From positions 2,166,068 through 2,230,067 of the forward strand of contig OY282354.1 of the NCBI GenBank assembly GCA_958295485.1: 64,000 nucleotides of DNA, in the 5' to 3' direction. The DNA comes from an uncultured Gammaproteobacteria bacterium (GTDB lineage Bacteria > Pseudomonadota > Gammaproteobacteria > Eutrophobiales > Eutrophobiaceae). Positions within the stretch are counted from its first letter, which is position 1. Each line of letters begins with the position of its first letter. A program made the translations under genes and the position numbers. Under the pieces are notes generated by a model, which worked only from the letters and a program-made list of their open reading frames with translations, was not told the origin of the DNA and searched no databases. Positions 21,967-34,046 of the stretch are shown piece after piece.

Positions 21967-22926
21967 TCAAGGCCTGACTTTATTGATTGAGCTTGCCCTG
22001 GTTAACGCCATGAGCAGTCTATCCAGACCCAGGGCGACGCCGGCGCAATCCGGCAGGCCGTGCTCAAGCGCCCCTAACAAGGTTTCATCAATTGGCATTT
22101 CAGTCAAACCCCGCGCCTGCCTGAGCCGGTTTTCCCGCTTGAAGCGGTCTCTTTGCTCATCCGCATCCGTCAACTCATAAAAACCGTTGGCGATTTCCAT
22201 GCCGGATATGAACAACTCGAACCGTTCCGCGACGGGATAGCCCTCATCCCCTTCACGAACCCGCGCCAGCGCGGCCTGGCACGCCGGGTAATCATACACA
22301 AACACCGGATTATACACGCCCAGGTTCGGCGCAACGCTGTGATTGAAAAGGAAATCCAGCAACGTGGATTCATCCGCCGGCCCGCCGGCAAAACCCAGAT
22401 CTTCAGCCTTGGCCGATAATCGACCGGGTTCCGCGGCATGTGGGTTGAAGCCAAGGTATTCCTCGAAACCAGACCGGTAACTGCGCCTTTCCGTCTCCGG
22501 CCATTGCAGGCGGCGCAACAAGACGGCTATTTCATCCATCAATTCATGCTGGCCGAAGCCGGTGCGATACCATTCCAGCATACTGAATTCGAAGTGATGA
22601 AGATTGCCGAATTCCTCACTTCGAAACACCTTGCAGATTTGATAAATCGAGCCGCTGCCGTTGGCTAACAACCGCTTCATGGCAAATTCAGGCGAAGTAT
22701 GCAAATACAGGGATAGTTTGTCATTGGCGCCAGGCAGCCGCAACGAGGCCGTGACGCTTTCAATATGCGGGTCGGTATTGGCGTATGGACTCAACGCGGG
22801 CGTATCCACTTCCATAACGCCGTTTCCGGCCATGAACGCCCTGATTTGTCCGAACAGGTCAGCCCGGGCCTTGAGCGTCTCGTTTGTGCAACTAGGTCGC
22901 CAGTTTTCTTTCATGGGGAGCGGCAA
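21967..22926 (-). CDS. epmA: Elongation factor P--(R)-beta-lysine ligase
   Basis: 319 aa, truncated LysRS-like class II core (LHTSPEFAMKRLLA...KVFRSEE...EFSMLEWY). Directly downstream of efp. Confidence 0.9.
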   Translation of the reverse strand: MPLPMKENWRPSCTNETLKARADLFGQIRAFMAGNGVMEVDTPALSPYANTDPHIESVTASLRLPGANDKLSLYLHTSPEFAMKRLLANGSGSIYQICKVFRSEEFGNLHHFEFSMLEWYRTGFGQHELMDEIAVLLRRLQWPETERRSYRSGFEEYLGFNPHAAEPGRLSAKAEDLGFAGGPADESTLLDFLFNHSVAPNLGVYNPVFVYDYPACQAALARVREGDEGYPVAERFELFISGMEIANGFYELTDADEQRDRFKRENRLRQARGLTEMPIDETLLGALEHGLPDCAGVALGLDRLLMALTRASSINKVRP

Positions 22927-22931
22927 TCCCC

Positions 22932-22947
22932 TCCCCCTCGAGGGGGA
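22932..22947. repeat. 16-bp palindrome tccccctcgaggggga between efp and epmA
   Basis: Read directly from the sequence. A GC-rich stem sits in the 68-nt efp-epmA spacer. Confidence 0.6.
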
Positions 22948-22994
22948 AGGTCAGGGTGGGGGCAGGCATGGGAGCATTTCTCTACAGCGTTGCC

Positions 22995-23564
22995 TCAGTC
23001 TTTCACGCGACTCACATATTGCGCCGTGCGGGTATCCACTTTTATTATCTCATCCTGCTCGACAAACAAGGGGACTTTGACTATGACGCCGGTCTCCAGG
23101 GTGGCCGGCTTGGCGCCGCCGGTCGCTGTGTCTCCCTTCAAACCAGGATCGGTTTCAGTGATTTTCAGTTCAACAAAATTGGGAGGCAGAACGCTCAGGG
23201 GCACGCCATTCCACAGGGTCACTTCGCAGACCTCCTCGCCCGTCAACCATTGACCGGCATCGTCCATCGTCGTCTTATCGGCCACAACCTGTTCATAACT
23301 GCTTGTATCCATGAAATACCACATCTCTCCATCGTTATAGAGATATTGCAACTCTATCCCCACGACATCGGCTGCCTCCACGCTTTCACCCGATTTATAG
23401 GTCTTCTCCAACACCCTGCCCGTTTTCAGGTTGCGTATTTTTACCCGGTTAAAGGCCTGACCTTTGCCCGGTTTGACAAATTCGTTGTCAATGATGGAAC
23501 AGGGGTCGCCGTCGAGCATCAGTTTCAAGCCGTTCCTGAATTCATTGGTGCTGTATGTGGTCAT
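22995..23564 (-). CDS. efp: Elongation factor P
   Basis: 189 aa. The KPGKGQAF loop carries the modifiable Lys. Confidence 0.96.
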   Translation of the reverse strand: MTTYSTNEFRNGLKLMLDGDPCSIIDNEFVKPGKGQAFNRVKIRNLKTGRVLEKTYKSGESVEAADVVGIELQYLYNDGEMWYFMDTSSYEQVVADKTTMDDAGQWLTGEEVCEVTLWNGVPLSVLPPNFVELKITETDPGLKGDTATGGAKPATLETGVIVKVPLFVEQDEIIKVDTRTAQYVSRVKD

Positions 23565-23641
23565 GGGTTATCTGTCAATCGTATTCTTTATCAGCGCCGG
23601 TCATATTCGACAATCGCCGGGTTAACCCGTCGGTTAAATCA

Positions 23642-25900
23642 TCATGATCTCTTTTTGGGTTTAATCGCCGATACCTGACGATAGCCCCGCGGCAGCATAT
23701 TACCACGCCGCCCCCGCTCGCCGTAATAGCGGTTCAAGTCCGCCGGTTTCAGTGTCAGGTGGCGTTTGCCGGACTCCAGTACCAGCGCGTCGCCTTCGCT
23801 GAAAATGGCGACCCCGATAAGATATTCTTCCCGCGTCTTCAAGCTGGCCGGCGAAATTTGCATCACTTTTATCCCTTTTCCTTTAGCCAGTTGCGGAAAT
23901 TCGGACAAATTCGTTACCAATAATCGACCAGCGGAGCTGACGGCGGCCACAAAATCCTGCTCATGCTCGAACACCAGGGCGGGCGGCAATACGACGGCGT
24001 CCCTGGGCACATTTAATACAGCCTTGCCACTCTTTGTCTTGACGTGCAGGTCTGCCAGTTTTGCCACAAACCCATAACCGGCATCGCTGGCAAGAAAATA
24101 CCGATCGTCGTTTTCGCCTGACATGACACCGATAAAAGTGGCGCCATCCGGCGGCGTAACCCAACTCGATACCGGCTCCCCATGACTGCGGGCAGACGGC
24201 AGACCGTGGGTTGGTATGGAATAGCATCGCCCGGTTGAATCAAGAAACACGGCGGATTGATTGCTTCGCCCCATTGCCGCATGCTTGAAACTGTCACCGG
24301 CGCGATAATTCAGGACTTCCGCATCGATATCATGTCCTTTTGCGGTCCTGACCCAACCTTTCTCCGACAGGATGACCGTTACCGGCTCTGTGGGAAGCAA
24401 TTGGGTTTCATCCATGGCCCTGGCCTCTGCACGTTCTTCCAATGGTGAACGCCGCTCATCACCGAACTTTTCCGCAGCCGCTTTAATCTCTTTTTTAACC
24501 TGGTTTTTCAGACGGGAACTTGAAGCCAGCACCTGCTGTAAAGACTTTCTTTCTTTCTCTAACTCGTCCAATTCGCCCTTGATCCTGATTTCTTCCAACT
24601 TGGCCAATTTACGCAACTTGAGCTCGAGGATGGCCTCCGCCTGGGTATCGGACAAGTTGAAACGCTTTTTCAATTCCTGTTTTGGCTCGTCCGCTTCACG
24701 CACGATTTTAATGACTTCATCGATGTTCAGGTAAGCCACCATGAGACCTTCCAGGACGTGTATTCTATTCTCTACCTGGTCGAGACGGTGTTGCAGGCGC
24801 CGGCGCACCGTTTCGGTACGGTATTTCAGCCATTCCTGCAGGATAGTCTTTAGATCCTTGACCCGGGGACGGCCATTGACTCCAATCATGTTCAGGTTGA
24901 CGCGGTAATTGCGTTCCAGGTCCGTGGTGGCAAACAGGTGCGACATTAAATCAGCCGGGTTTACCCTGTTGGAACGGGGGATGAGCACGATCCTGGTCGG
25001 GTTTTCATGATCGGATTCATCCCGCAGGTCTTCCAGCATCGGTAATTTTTTTGCCTGCATTTGCCCCGCTATTTGCTCCAGGATCCTATTGCCGGAAGTC
25101 TGGTGGGGCAGCGCAGTCACGACGATGTTGCCATCCTCTTTTTCCCACTTGGCCCGCATTTTCACCGAACCGGTACCGGTTCTATACATCTCCAGGAGGT
25201 CTTGTCGCGGCGTGATGATCTCCGCGTCAGTGGGGAAGTCCGGGCCTTTGACGTGTTCGAATAAATCCTCAACCGTACTCTTCGGCGCTTCCAGCAATCG
25301 AATACACGCAGCAGCCACCTCCCCCAGGTTATGGGGCGGAATGTCCGTGGCCATGCCGACGGCGATACCCGTGGCGCCGTTCAACAACACGTTGGGTAGT
25401 CGCGCCGGCAACAATTTCGGCTCTTTCAAGGTTCCGTCAAAATTAGGTGTCCAATCGACGGTCCCCTGCCCTAACTCCGACAACAGCGCCTGTGCATAGG
25501 GTTTCAGCTTGGCTTCCGTGTAGCGCATAGCCGCAAAAGACTTGGGATCATCCATCGACCCCCAGTTGCCCTGGCCATCAACTATGGGATAACGATAACT
25601 GAATTGCTGCGCCATGAGCACCATGGCCTCATAACAGGCGGAGTCCCCATGGGGGTGGAACTTGCCGATGACGTCCCCTACGGTGCGGGCTGACTTCTTG
25701 AACTTGGATGCGGCGCTCAAACCCAATTCAGACATGGCGTAGATAATCCGCCTCTGGACAGGCTTCAAGCCATCGCCGACATGAGGCAAGGCCCGGTCCA
25801 GGATAACGTACATGGAATAATCCAGGTACGCCTGCTCCGTGAATTCATGCAACGGACGGGCTTCGCTTCGTTCAAAATCCAGGGTTAAATTCTCCGACAT
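23642..25900 (-). CDS. parC: DNA topoisomerase IV subunit A
   Basis: 752 aa from the ATG at 25900 ([51 protein letters not shown]), which matches the E. coli ParC N-terminus. The longer ORF to 26023 starts at TTG and reads through repeats. Confidence 0.93.
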   Translation of the reverse strand: MSENLTLDFERSEARPLHEFTEQAYLDYSMYVILDRALPHVGDGLKPVQRRIIYAMSELGLSAASKFKKSARTVGDVIGKFHPHGDSACYEAMVLMAQQFSYRYPIVDGQGNWGSMDDPKSFAAMRYTEAKLKPYAQALLSELGQGTVDWTPNFDGTLKEPKLLPARLPNVLLNGATGIAVGMATDIPPHNLGEVAAACIRLLEAPKSTVEDLFEHVKGPDFPTDAEIITPRQDLLEMYRTGTGSVKMRAKWEKEDGNIVVTALPHQTSGNRILEQIAGQMQAKKLPMLEDLRDESDHENPTRIVLIPRSNRVNPADLMSHLFATTDLERNYRVNLNMIGVNGRPRVKDLKTILQEWLKYRTETVRRRLQHRLDQVENRIHVLEGLMVAYLNIDEVIKIVREADEPKQELKKRFNLSDTQAEAILELKLRKLAKLEEIRIKGELDELEKERKSLQQVLASSSRLKNQVKKEIKAAAEKFGDERRSPLEERAEARAMDETQLLPTEPVTVILSEKGWVRTAKGHDIDAEVLNYRAGDSFKHAAMGRSNQSAVFLDSTGRCYSIPTHGLPSARSHGEPVSSWVTPPDGATFIGVMSGENDDRYFLASDAGYGFVAKLADLHVKTKSGKAVLNVPRDAVVLPPALVFEHEQDFVAAVSSAGRLLVTNLSEFPQLAKGKGIKVMQISPASLKTREEYLIGVAIFSEGDALVLESGKRHLTLKPADLNRYYGERGRRGNMLPRGYRQVSAIKPKKRS

Positions 25901-25901
25901 G

Positions 25902-25964
25902 GGCGAAGGGTGAAGTGTGAAGCGCGAAGTATAAAGTGTGAAGGGTGAAGTGTGAAGCGTGAAG
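25902..25964. repeat. Tandem heptanucleotide array, 9 x NNTGAAG (ggcgaag ggtgaag tgtgaag cgcgaag tataaag tgtgaag ggtgaag tgtgaag cgtgaag)
   Basis: Read directly from the sequence. The period is exactly 7 nt. The array starts 1 nt upstream of the parC ATG (25900) and abuts the MITE-like element. Confidence 0.95.
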
Positions 25965-26095
25965 TTCCCGCTAATCTCGTCGGAAGTGGGTTTGGGGGGC
26001 GTTTTGGAGTGACGTAAGGCCAAGGATGAGCGCGGGACAGGCCAGGGATGGCTCTTGGAACGGAAAAACAGCTCCCAAACCTGCTGTTAGCGGGG
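25964..26095 (-). repeat. MITE-like element, copy 1 (132 bp; termini gttcccgctaat... / ...ctgttagcgggg)
   Basis: Its reverse complement aligns along its length with 37244..37352 (shared ccgttcca-gagccatccctggc-tgtccc-cgctcatc core) and shares imperfect CCCGCT-containing inverted termini. Confidence 0.75.
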
Positions 26096-26220
26096 TCTGC
26101 TGCCAGATGTTGACCCTGTTTGGATTAAAGTGGAAAAACTGCTATACCGAACTTCCCTTATAGTGTACTATCTGATTGCAACAGCTGAGTTGTTGCAGCT
26201 ATATTTCAACTAAAACAATT

Positions 26221-26841
26221 ATGGAGAAAACAAGGATGAGATTTATAATGAATGAGTTTTTCTATTACTTCAGCCTCAAGGGTAGCGGTGGCGGACTTTA
26301 TTCCATGGATTGCAAATTCAAGCCGATCCCCACCGGGAATGAAGACATTGAGGACATGAAGTCAGCGACCCGCCGGCTCATGCAAACCCACACGGACATA
26401 CTGGATCGTCTCTATGATGACGTCATCTCGGGAAAGAAAGAGCCAATCCTGGTCGACAACCCGGGACGCATCAGCACCGGTTACGAGTACAGTGGTCGTT
26501 TGAAAATGGGCAAGGCCCGCGCGCTCGACAGACGTCTGCGGGAATTGTTCGGCGAAGAACCGGTCGGCCCGACCGGGGAGATTTCCTCTTTCGAGGATCT
26601 ACGGGTCAAGGTCGAATGCTCGTTCACCAGGAGAAGCGACACCCTGGATGACGTAGCCGTGGTGGTGAAGCATGAGATGAGTCACGTTCTGAACGTGTGC
26701 TTTTTCCGGTTTATCAAACGATTGGAAGGAATCGAAATAGGACAGGAACCCCGCAAGGACATGGATAACCTGGAACGGATGCTGGAGACCACGACCGAAC
26801 GGAAGGGCCTGGACTACTTCGAGATGGTGACGAAACAGTAG
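26221..26841 (+). CDS. Hypothetical protein with a single HExxH motif (KHEMSHV)
   Basis: ORF 26176..26841. First ATG is at 26221 and the start is uncertain (26236 and 26248 are also possible). No family recognised. Confidence 0.5.
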   Translation: MEKTRMRFIMNEFFYYFSLKGSGGGLYSMDCKFKPIPTGNEDIEDMKSATRRLMQTHTDILDRLYDDVISGKKEPILVDNPGRISTGYEYSGRLKMGKARALDRRLRELFGEEPVGPTGEISSFEDLRVKVECSFTRRSDTLDDVAVVVKHEMSHVLNVCFFRFIKRLEGIEIGQEPRKDMDNLERMLETTTERKGLDYFEMVTKQ

Positions 26842-26856
26842 TCATTCGACACCGAA

Positions 26857-27852
26857 ATGACTTATGCCGGCTGCTTTTCCACTAACAAACCCGGCTGCCC
26901 GCCGAGAAAAATGTCAGCCCGACTCCGTCATTTCCATGGCTTCATACTGACTGCCTGCGTTTTCATTTCATCCAGTCAAATCGCTGCTTGCAGCTGGCAA
27001 GGCCAAGCCGAACCGTTTGATATGGCGGCGCATTCGGTGACGTTGACGGTCAATGATCTCCGCTTCCCCGTCACCGTCTATGGCGAAGGCCCGGCGGTGG
27101 TGTTCTTGCACGGTTTTCCTGACTCCCGCGAGGTCTGGCGGTACCAGGCGCAAGCGATTGCCGATGCGGGGTTCAAGGTCGTCGTTCCGGACCAGCGGGG
27201 GTTCGGCGGGGCTGATCGGCCGGAAGGCGTAGATCATTACCAGATTCAGAAACTTGCCGCAGACATCATCGGTATCATGGACCAGTTATCCATTGATAAT
27301 GCCCGGCTGGTCGGCCATGACTTCGGCGCCGGCCTGGCCTGGTTCATGGCCGCGCGCTTGCCGGGGCGTTTCAGCCAATTAGTCGTCATGTCGGTGGGGT
27401 CGTCGGGCAATCCCGGCTGGGATACTATCGAACAGCGCGAGGCCTCATGGTATTTTGATTTTTTCAACAAGGCAGGCGTGGCAGAGGAAGCGCTTACTGC
27501 TAATAACTGGGACTTTTTCAGGCGACTCACCCGCAACAGTGGTGACCAGGCGCATTTTATCAGGGACTTGGCCCGGCCCGGCGCGTTGACAGCGGCATTG
27601 AACTGGTATCGCGCCAATACGCGAGGCTGGGGCAGCCTGCATGACAAGCTCGACTATCCTGCGATAGACCTGCCCGTAATGGGGATGTGGAGTACGGATG
27701 ATCCTTTTTTGCTGGAAGCGCAAATGCAGCAATCGAAGGTCAATGTAACGGGTCCTTGGCGCTATGAACGGGTCGAGGACGCGGGACACTGGTTCATGCT
27801 GGAAAAACCCGAGGTGGTAAACAAGTTGTTGCTGGATTTTTTAAGAAAGTAA
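26857..27852 (+). CDS. Alpha/beta hydrolase, epoxide-hydrolase/dehalogenase-like, probably exported
   Basis: 331 aa. HGFPDS oxyanion motif and a VGHDFGA nucleophile elbow with Asp. Hydrophobic N-terminus ending in a possible lipobox (IAAC). Confidence 0.85.
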   Translation: MTYAGCFSTNKPGCPPRKMSARLRHFHGFILTACVFISSSQIAACSWQGQAEPFDMAAHSVTLTVNDLRFPVTVYGEGPAVVFLHGFPDSREVWRYQAQAIADAGFKVVVPDQRGFGGADRPEGVDHYQIQKLAADIIGIMDQLSIDNARLVGHDFGAGLAWFMAARLPGRFSQLVVMSVGSSGNPGWDTIEQREASWYFDFFNKAGVAEEALTANNWDFFRRLTRNSGDQAHFIRDLARPGALTAALNWYRANTRGWGSLHDKLDYPAIDLPVMGMWSTDDPFLLEAQMQQSKVNVTGPWRYERVEDAGHWFMLEKPEVVNKLLLDFLRK

Positions 27853-27958
27853 ATTTCCAGTCCACCCGGGAACCAGCGGCGCAGGAGGAGCAATCCTCCC
27901 TGCGGAGGTGTCGCAAAAGCCCCTTGGGGGAAGTATAATGCCTTGCGGACAAGGGCGC

Positions 27959-30957
<2,999 letters not shown>

Positions 30958-30970
30958 CTATGGGTATCCT

Positions 30971-30995
30971 CTCACCCTTTAAACTTCAAACTTCG
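30971..30995. repeat. Heptamer array, inverted orientation (reverse complement cgaag tttgaag tttaaag ggtgag)
   Basis: Same family. Lies between DUF3501 and parE and overlaps the parE Shine-Dalgarno region. Confidence 0.7.
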
Positions 30996-31573
30996 ATATC
31001 TTTGACAAGCGACTGTCGGATCTCCGCCGGTATGGGCGCCACCAGGTAATTGTATTCCCGGTGGTTGATGCCGGCAAAAATTTCCGCTCCCTGTTCCAAG
31101 GCGGCAATATCCTCCGCTGACAATTCGAACCGCATGAAGTGGACCGACGAGGTTTTTGCTTCGGTCGCGCGCTCCAGGTCTTCGTCATAGATGGGAGTGA
31201 TGATTTCGCCATTCCCGACGCGCATCCATACGGAGGATTCTATGCCGACAAGTTTCTCCAACTGTATCTTCCTCTCGTCCGGGTCGTCATATTCAAGCAT
31301 GAAAGTGGCCTTCCAGTTGTGTCCGTCCGGGATCATCGGGTTATAGGTGGCCAGTTCTTCTTCAATACCGCCAGCTTCAAAAATCTTCTCGACACGCAGC
31401 ATTTCCTGGATTTGATAGTGGATAGTGAGACGATCTTCAAAATACAAATTTGCATCAGGGCCAATTGCCAGGCGTCGCGACTTCTTGTGAGCCATGACCT
31501 TGGCGCGAAAATCGTCCCGGATCTCAGCATACTTCTCCAGTGTATATAATTCTTCTCTATTCAATTTATTCAT
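30986..31573 (-). CDS. DUF3501-family protein
   Basis: 195 aa from the ATG at 31573 (MNKLNREELYTLEKYAEIRDDFRAKVM...). Follows the Fe-S protein gene by 8 nt. Confidence 0.7.
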   Translation of the reverse strand: MNKLNREELYTLEKYAEIRDDFRAKVMAHKKSRRLAIGPDANLYFEDRLTIHYQIQEMLRVEKIFEAGGIEEELATYNPMIPDGHNWKATFMLEYDDPDERKIQLEKLVGIESSVWMRVGNGEIITPIYDEDLERATEAKTSSVHFMRFELSAEDIAALEQGAEIFAGINHREYNYLVAPIPAEIRQSLVKDIEV

Positions 31574-31581
31574 CGCTTGTC

Positions 31582-33012
31582 TCACAAACCGTACGCAAAT
31601 CTCAACAGGGAAAACGGCGATTCGGCAGCCGCGGCATCTCCCATTCCATTCTGGATATGGGCGCCTGCCATCGGGCAATCACTGATATAATGATCAACTT
31701 CAGCCTGTTTGATTTTATTGACGACAGGCCGGCATATTTTTGTCGAAATATCGTGGGATTCGGCCTTGACCGCGTAGGTGCCGTCATGTCCCGAACAACG
31801 CTCGACTACTTCAATTGTCGTGCCCGGCACCAAAGCAAGCATGTCGCGTGTTTTCATCCCGATGTTCTGGACCCGCTGATGACAGGGCGCGTGCCAGGCA
31901 ACTTTGCCGAGCGAATTTTTAAACTCCGTCTTCAGATTTCCCTCTCTGTGTCTGAGCATCAGGTATTCGAAAGGATCATAAAACGCCTGCCGGACTTTCC
32001 TGACGCTTTCATCGTCGGGAAACAACAAGGGCAGCTCCTGTTTGAACATGAGCACACAGGACGGAATAGGCGCTATAAGGTCCCAACCTTGTTCGACGAG
32101 GGCCATCAATTGAGGGATATTGACGTTCCTCGCCCGCTCAACCGATTCAAGATCGCCTAATTCCAATTTGGGCATACCGCAACAGGCCTCTTTATCGGCA
32201 AGGGTGATCGGTATGCCATTATGCTCAAAGATACTGATCAAGTCCTCTGCTACCTGTGGTGCATTCCGATTGCAGTAGCAAGTGACAAACAAGGCTACTT
32301 TCCCGGTTGTCCGATCGGATTTTCCCGTGCTTGTCCCTGGGTCAGAACCGGCGCGGGGGCCTGCCTCCCGATTCAAGCCTGGGGCAGGTTCTGCGCGCCC
32401 GACAATAGCCGCGTCAGACCTTTTGCCTTTTACGCGTTTGCGTAAAGGATTGGAATGAAACTCCGGCAAAACAGCATCCGCATGGATACCCACGGTCTTT
32501 TCCAACAATTTACGCGCCAGGCGTGATTTATTTGTTGCATTAACGACCTGCGCGACTACCGGGATACCGGCAAGATTTCCGACGGCCTGGGTTGAAGTAA
32601 GTATTCGGTCGCGTAACTTCGCGCCGGTTTTCTTGAAATTTACAGCTTTGGCGCGCAGCATGAGGTGAGGAAAATCGACATTCCATTCATGGGGGGGCAC
32701 GTAAGGGCATTTTGTCATGTAACACAGGTCACAAAGATAACAATGCTCTACCACTTTGGCGTAATCCGCTTTTTCCACGCCATCTACCTCCAGGGTAGCT
32801 GATTCATCAATCAGGTCGAATAACGTGGGAAACGCGTTGCACAAGCTGACACAACGGCGGCAGCCATGACATATATCATATACGCGTTCTAATTCTGTGA
32901 ATAAGCTTTCTTCACTGTAGTATTCTGAATTTTTCCATTCGATGGCATGTCTCACGGGAGCTTCCAGGCTGCCTTCGCGAATTTCTGTTTCAGTCATGTG
33001 CGCTGTGTCCAA
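31582..33012 (-). CDS. Heterodisulfide-reductase-related (HdrD/GlpC-like) iron-sulfur protein with CCG domains
   Basis: 476 aa. Two ferredoxin-type clusters (CHGCRRCVSLC, CYLCDLCYMTKCP) and C-terminal Cys-rich CCG-type motifs (FVTCYCN, EACCGMP, HAPCH). Confidence 0.85.
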   Translation of the reverse strand: MDTAHMTETEIREGSLEAPVRHAIEWKNSEYYSEESLFTELERVYDICHGCRRCVSLCNAFPTLFDLIDESATLEVDGVEKADYAKVVEHCYLCDLCYMTKCPYVPPHEWNVDFPHLMLRAKAVNFKKTGAKLRDRILTSTQAVGNLAGIPVVAQVVNATNKSRLARKLLEKTVGIHADAVLPEFHSNPLRKRVKGKRSDAAIVGRAEPAPGLNREAGPRAGSDPGTSTGKSDRTTGKVALFVTCYCNRNAPQVAEDLISIFEHNGIPITLADKEACCGMPKLELGDLESVERARNVNIPQLMALVEQGWDLIAPIPSCVLMFKQELPLLFPDDESVRKVRQAFYDPFEYLMLRHREGNLKTEFKNSLGKVAWHAPCHQRVQNIGMKTRDMLALVPGTTIEVVERCSGHDGTYAVKAESHDISTKICRPVVNKIKQAEVDHYISDCPMAGAHIQNGMGDAAAAESPFSLLRFAYGL

Positions 33013-33113
33013 AAATATCAGATTCCTCTCACCCTGACCCTCACCTCAGAGGGGGGACGCAAAACCTCCTTATAAATCCCCCTTTTCGGGGAGGAGGACG
33101 CTCAATGCCGTCA

Positions 33114-33206
33114 CTGGCGCTGACCCGCAGAAGCCTGCTTCTGTGGTTGCCATGACCTTGCTACGCGCCGGCATTGACCAGGGCAGGCACGGAGGCCTGC
33201 CCCTGT
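33114..33206 (+). repeat. GC-rich dispersed repeat, copy 1 (~90 bp)
   Basis: ctggcgctgaccc-N-ctgtgg-N-gctacgcgccg-N-ccagggca-N-ggcctgcccctg is shared with 45894..45983. Alignment by eye is roughly three-quarters identical. Confidence 0.65.
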
Positions 33207-33232
33207 GTTCAGGGTATCCCGGTTGAATAAAG

Positions 33233-33652
33233 TCAGGCGTCGAGACTGTCCAATGCCTTTTGAAAGCGATTGGCATGAGAACGCTCTGCCTTGGCGAGTG
33301 TCTCGAACCAGTCCGCGATCTCGTCAAGACCCTCATCGCGGGCAGTCTTCGCCATGCCCGGATACATGTCGGTGTACTCATACGTTTCACCGGCAATCGC
33401 TGCTTTCAAATTGTTTTCGGTTGAGCCAATCGGTTCACCCGTTGCCGGGTCGCCTACCTCTTCCAGGTATTCCAGGTGCCCATGGGCGTGCCCGGTTTCA
33501 CCTTCTGCCGTTGAACGAAAAACCGCAGAAACATCATTGAAACCTTCTACGTCCGCCTTTTGAGCGAAGTATAAATAACGGCGGTTGGCCTGTGATTCAC
33601 CTGAAAATGCCTCCTTCAAATTCTCTTCGGTTCTCGTATCTTTCAAACTCAT
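33233..33652 (-). CDS. Rubrerythrin-family diiron protein (short form)
   Basis: 139 aa with two ExxH diiron motifs ([22 protein letters not shown]). Confidence 0.88.
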   Translation of the reverse strand: MSLKDTRTEENLKEAFSGESQANRRYLYFAQKADVEGFNDVSAVFRSTAEGETGHAHGHLEYLEEVGDPATGEPIGSTENNLKAAIAGETYEYTDMYPGMAKTARDEGLDEIADWFETLAKAERSHANRFQKALDSLDA

Positions 33653-33840
33653 GGTATTCTTCTCCTAACTATTTGATTCATATTAGTTTAGCTGTTATTA
33701 AATCGGGGAAATACGGGTCTGACTGTAACCGACCTGATTATCAGTGTCAACTTGATAAGATGGGTAAACTTATTGTATTTTCTTATTATGAATATAGCTT
33801 TTTTCTATCTGTCCCGATGAAAAAATACCATCATCCGTCA

Positions 33841-33882
33841 GGGGAAGTTTGAAGGGAAAAGTTTGAAGTGTGAAGGGAGAGT
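33841..33882. repeat. Heptamer array, 5-6 units (ggggaag tttgaag ggaaaag tttgaag tgtgaag ggagagt)
   Basis: Same family. Lies in the rubrerythrin/xseB divergent intergenic region. Confidence 0.8.
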
Positions 33883-34046
33883 TTCGGGTGGCAGGGTCGA
33901 TATGAAAAAGACTGGTGAGGACGCAGCCTGTAACAGTAATAAAGTGATATAATTATGGTGATTTATTGACGGCAAGGAATTTTGCGCTGATAACAAGCGG
34001 ATTGGTGAGATATGCGGGATAGTCGGTACCTGTGGGAGATTAGTTT

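Noticed and set aside
22956-23678. 240-aa plus-strand ORF, together with similar long ORFs at 7619..8188 (+), 9105..9605 (+), 20643..21125 (+), 31540..32160 (+), 56390..56914 (-), 57526..58011 (-) and 58406..58873 (-).
   Set aside because: Each lies antisense to, or out of frame within, a gene with strong motif support (efp, lpxK, exbB, yoaA, the Fe-S protein, moaA, fdhD, mobA). The products are Arg/Pro/Gly-rich with no motifs, which is typical of shadow ORFs in GC-rich coding DNA.
25901-26023. 41-codon N-terminal extension of the parC ORF, starting at a TTG.
   Set aside because: It is translated entirely from the heptamer array and the MITE-like element, giving the FTLHTSP repeats. The ATG at 25900 reproduces the canonical ParC N-terminus. 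The extension is kept only as a caveat in the heptamer finding.
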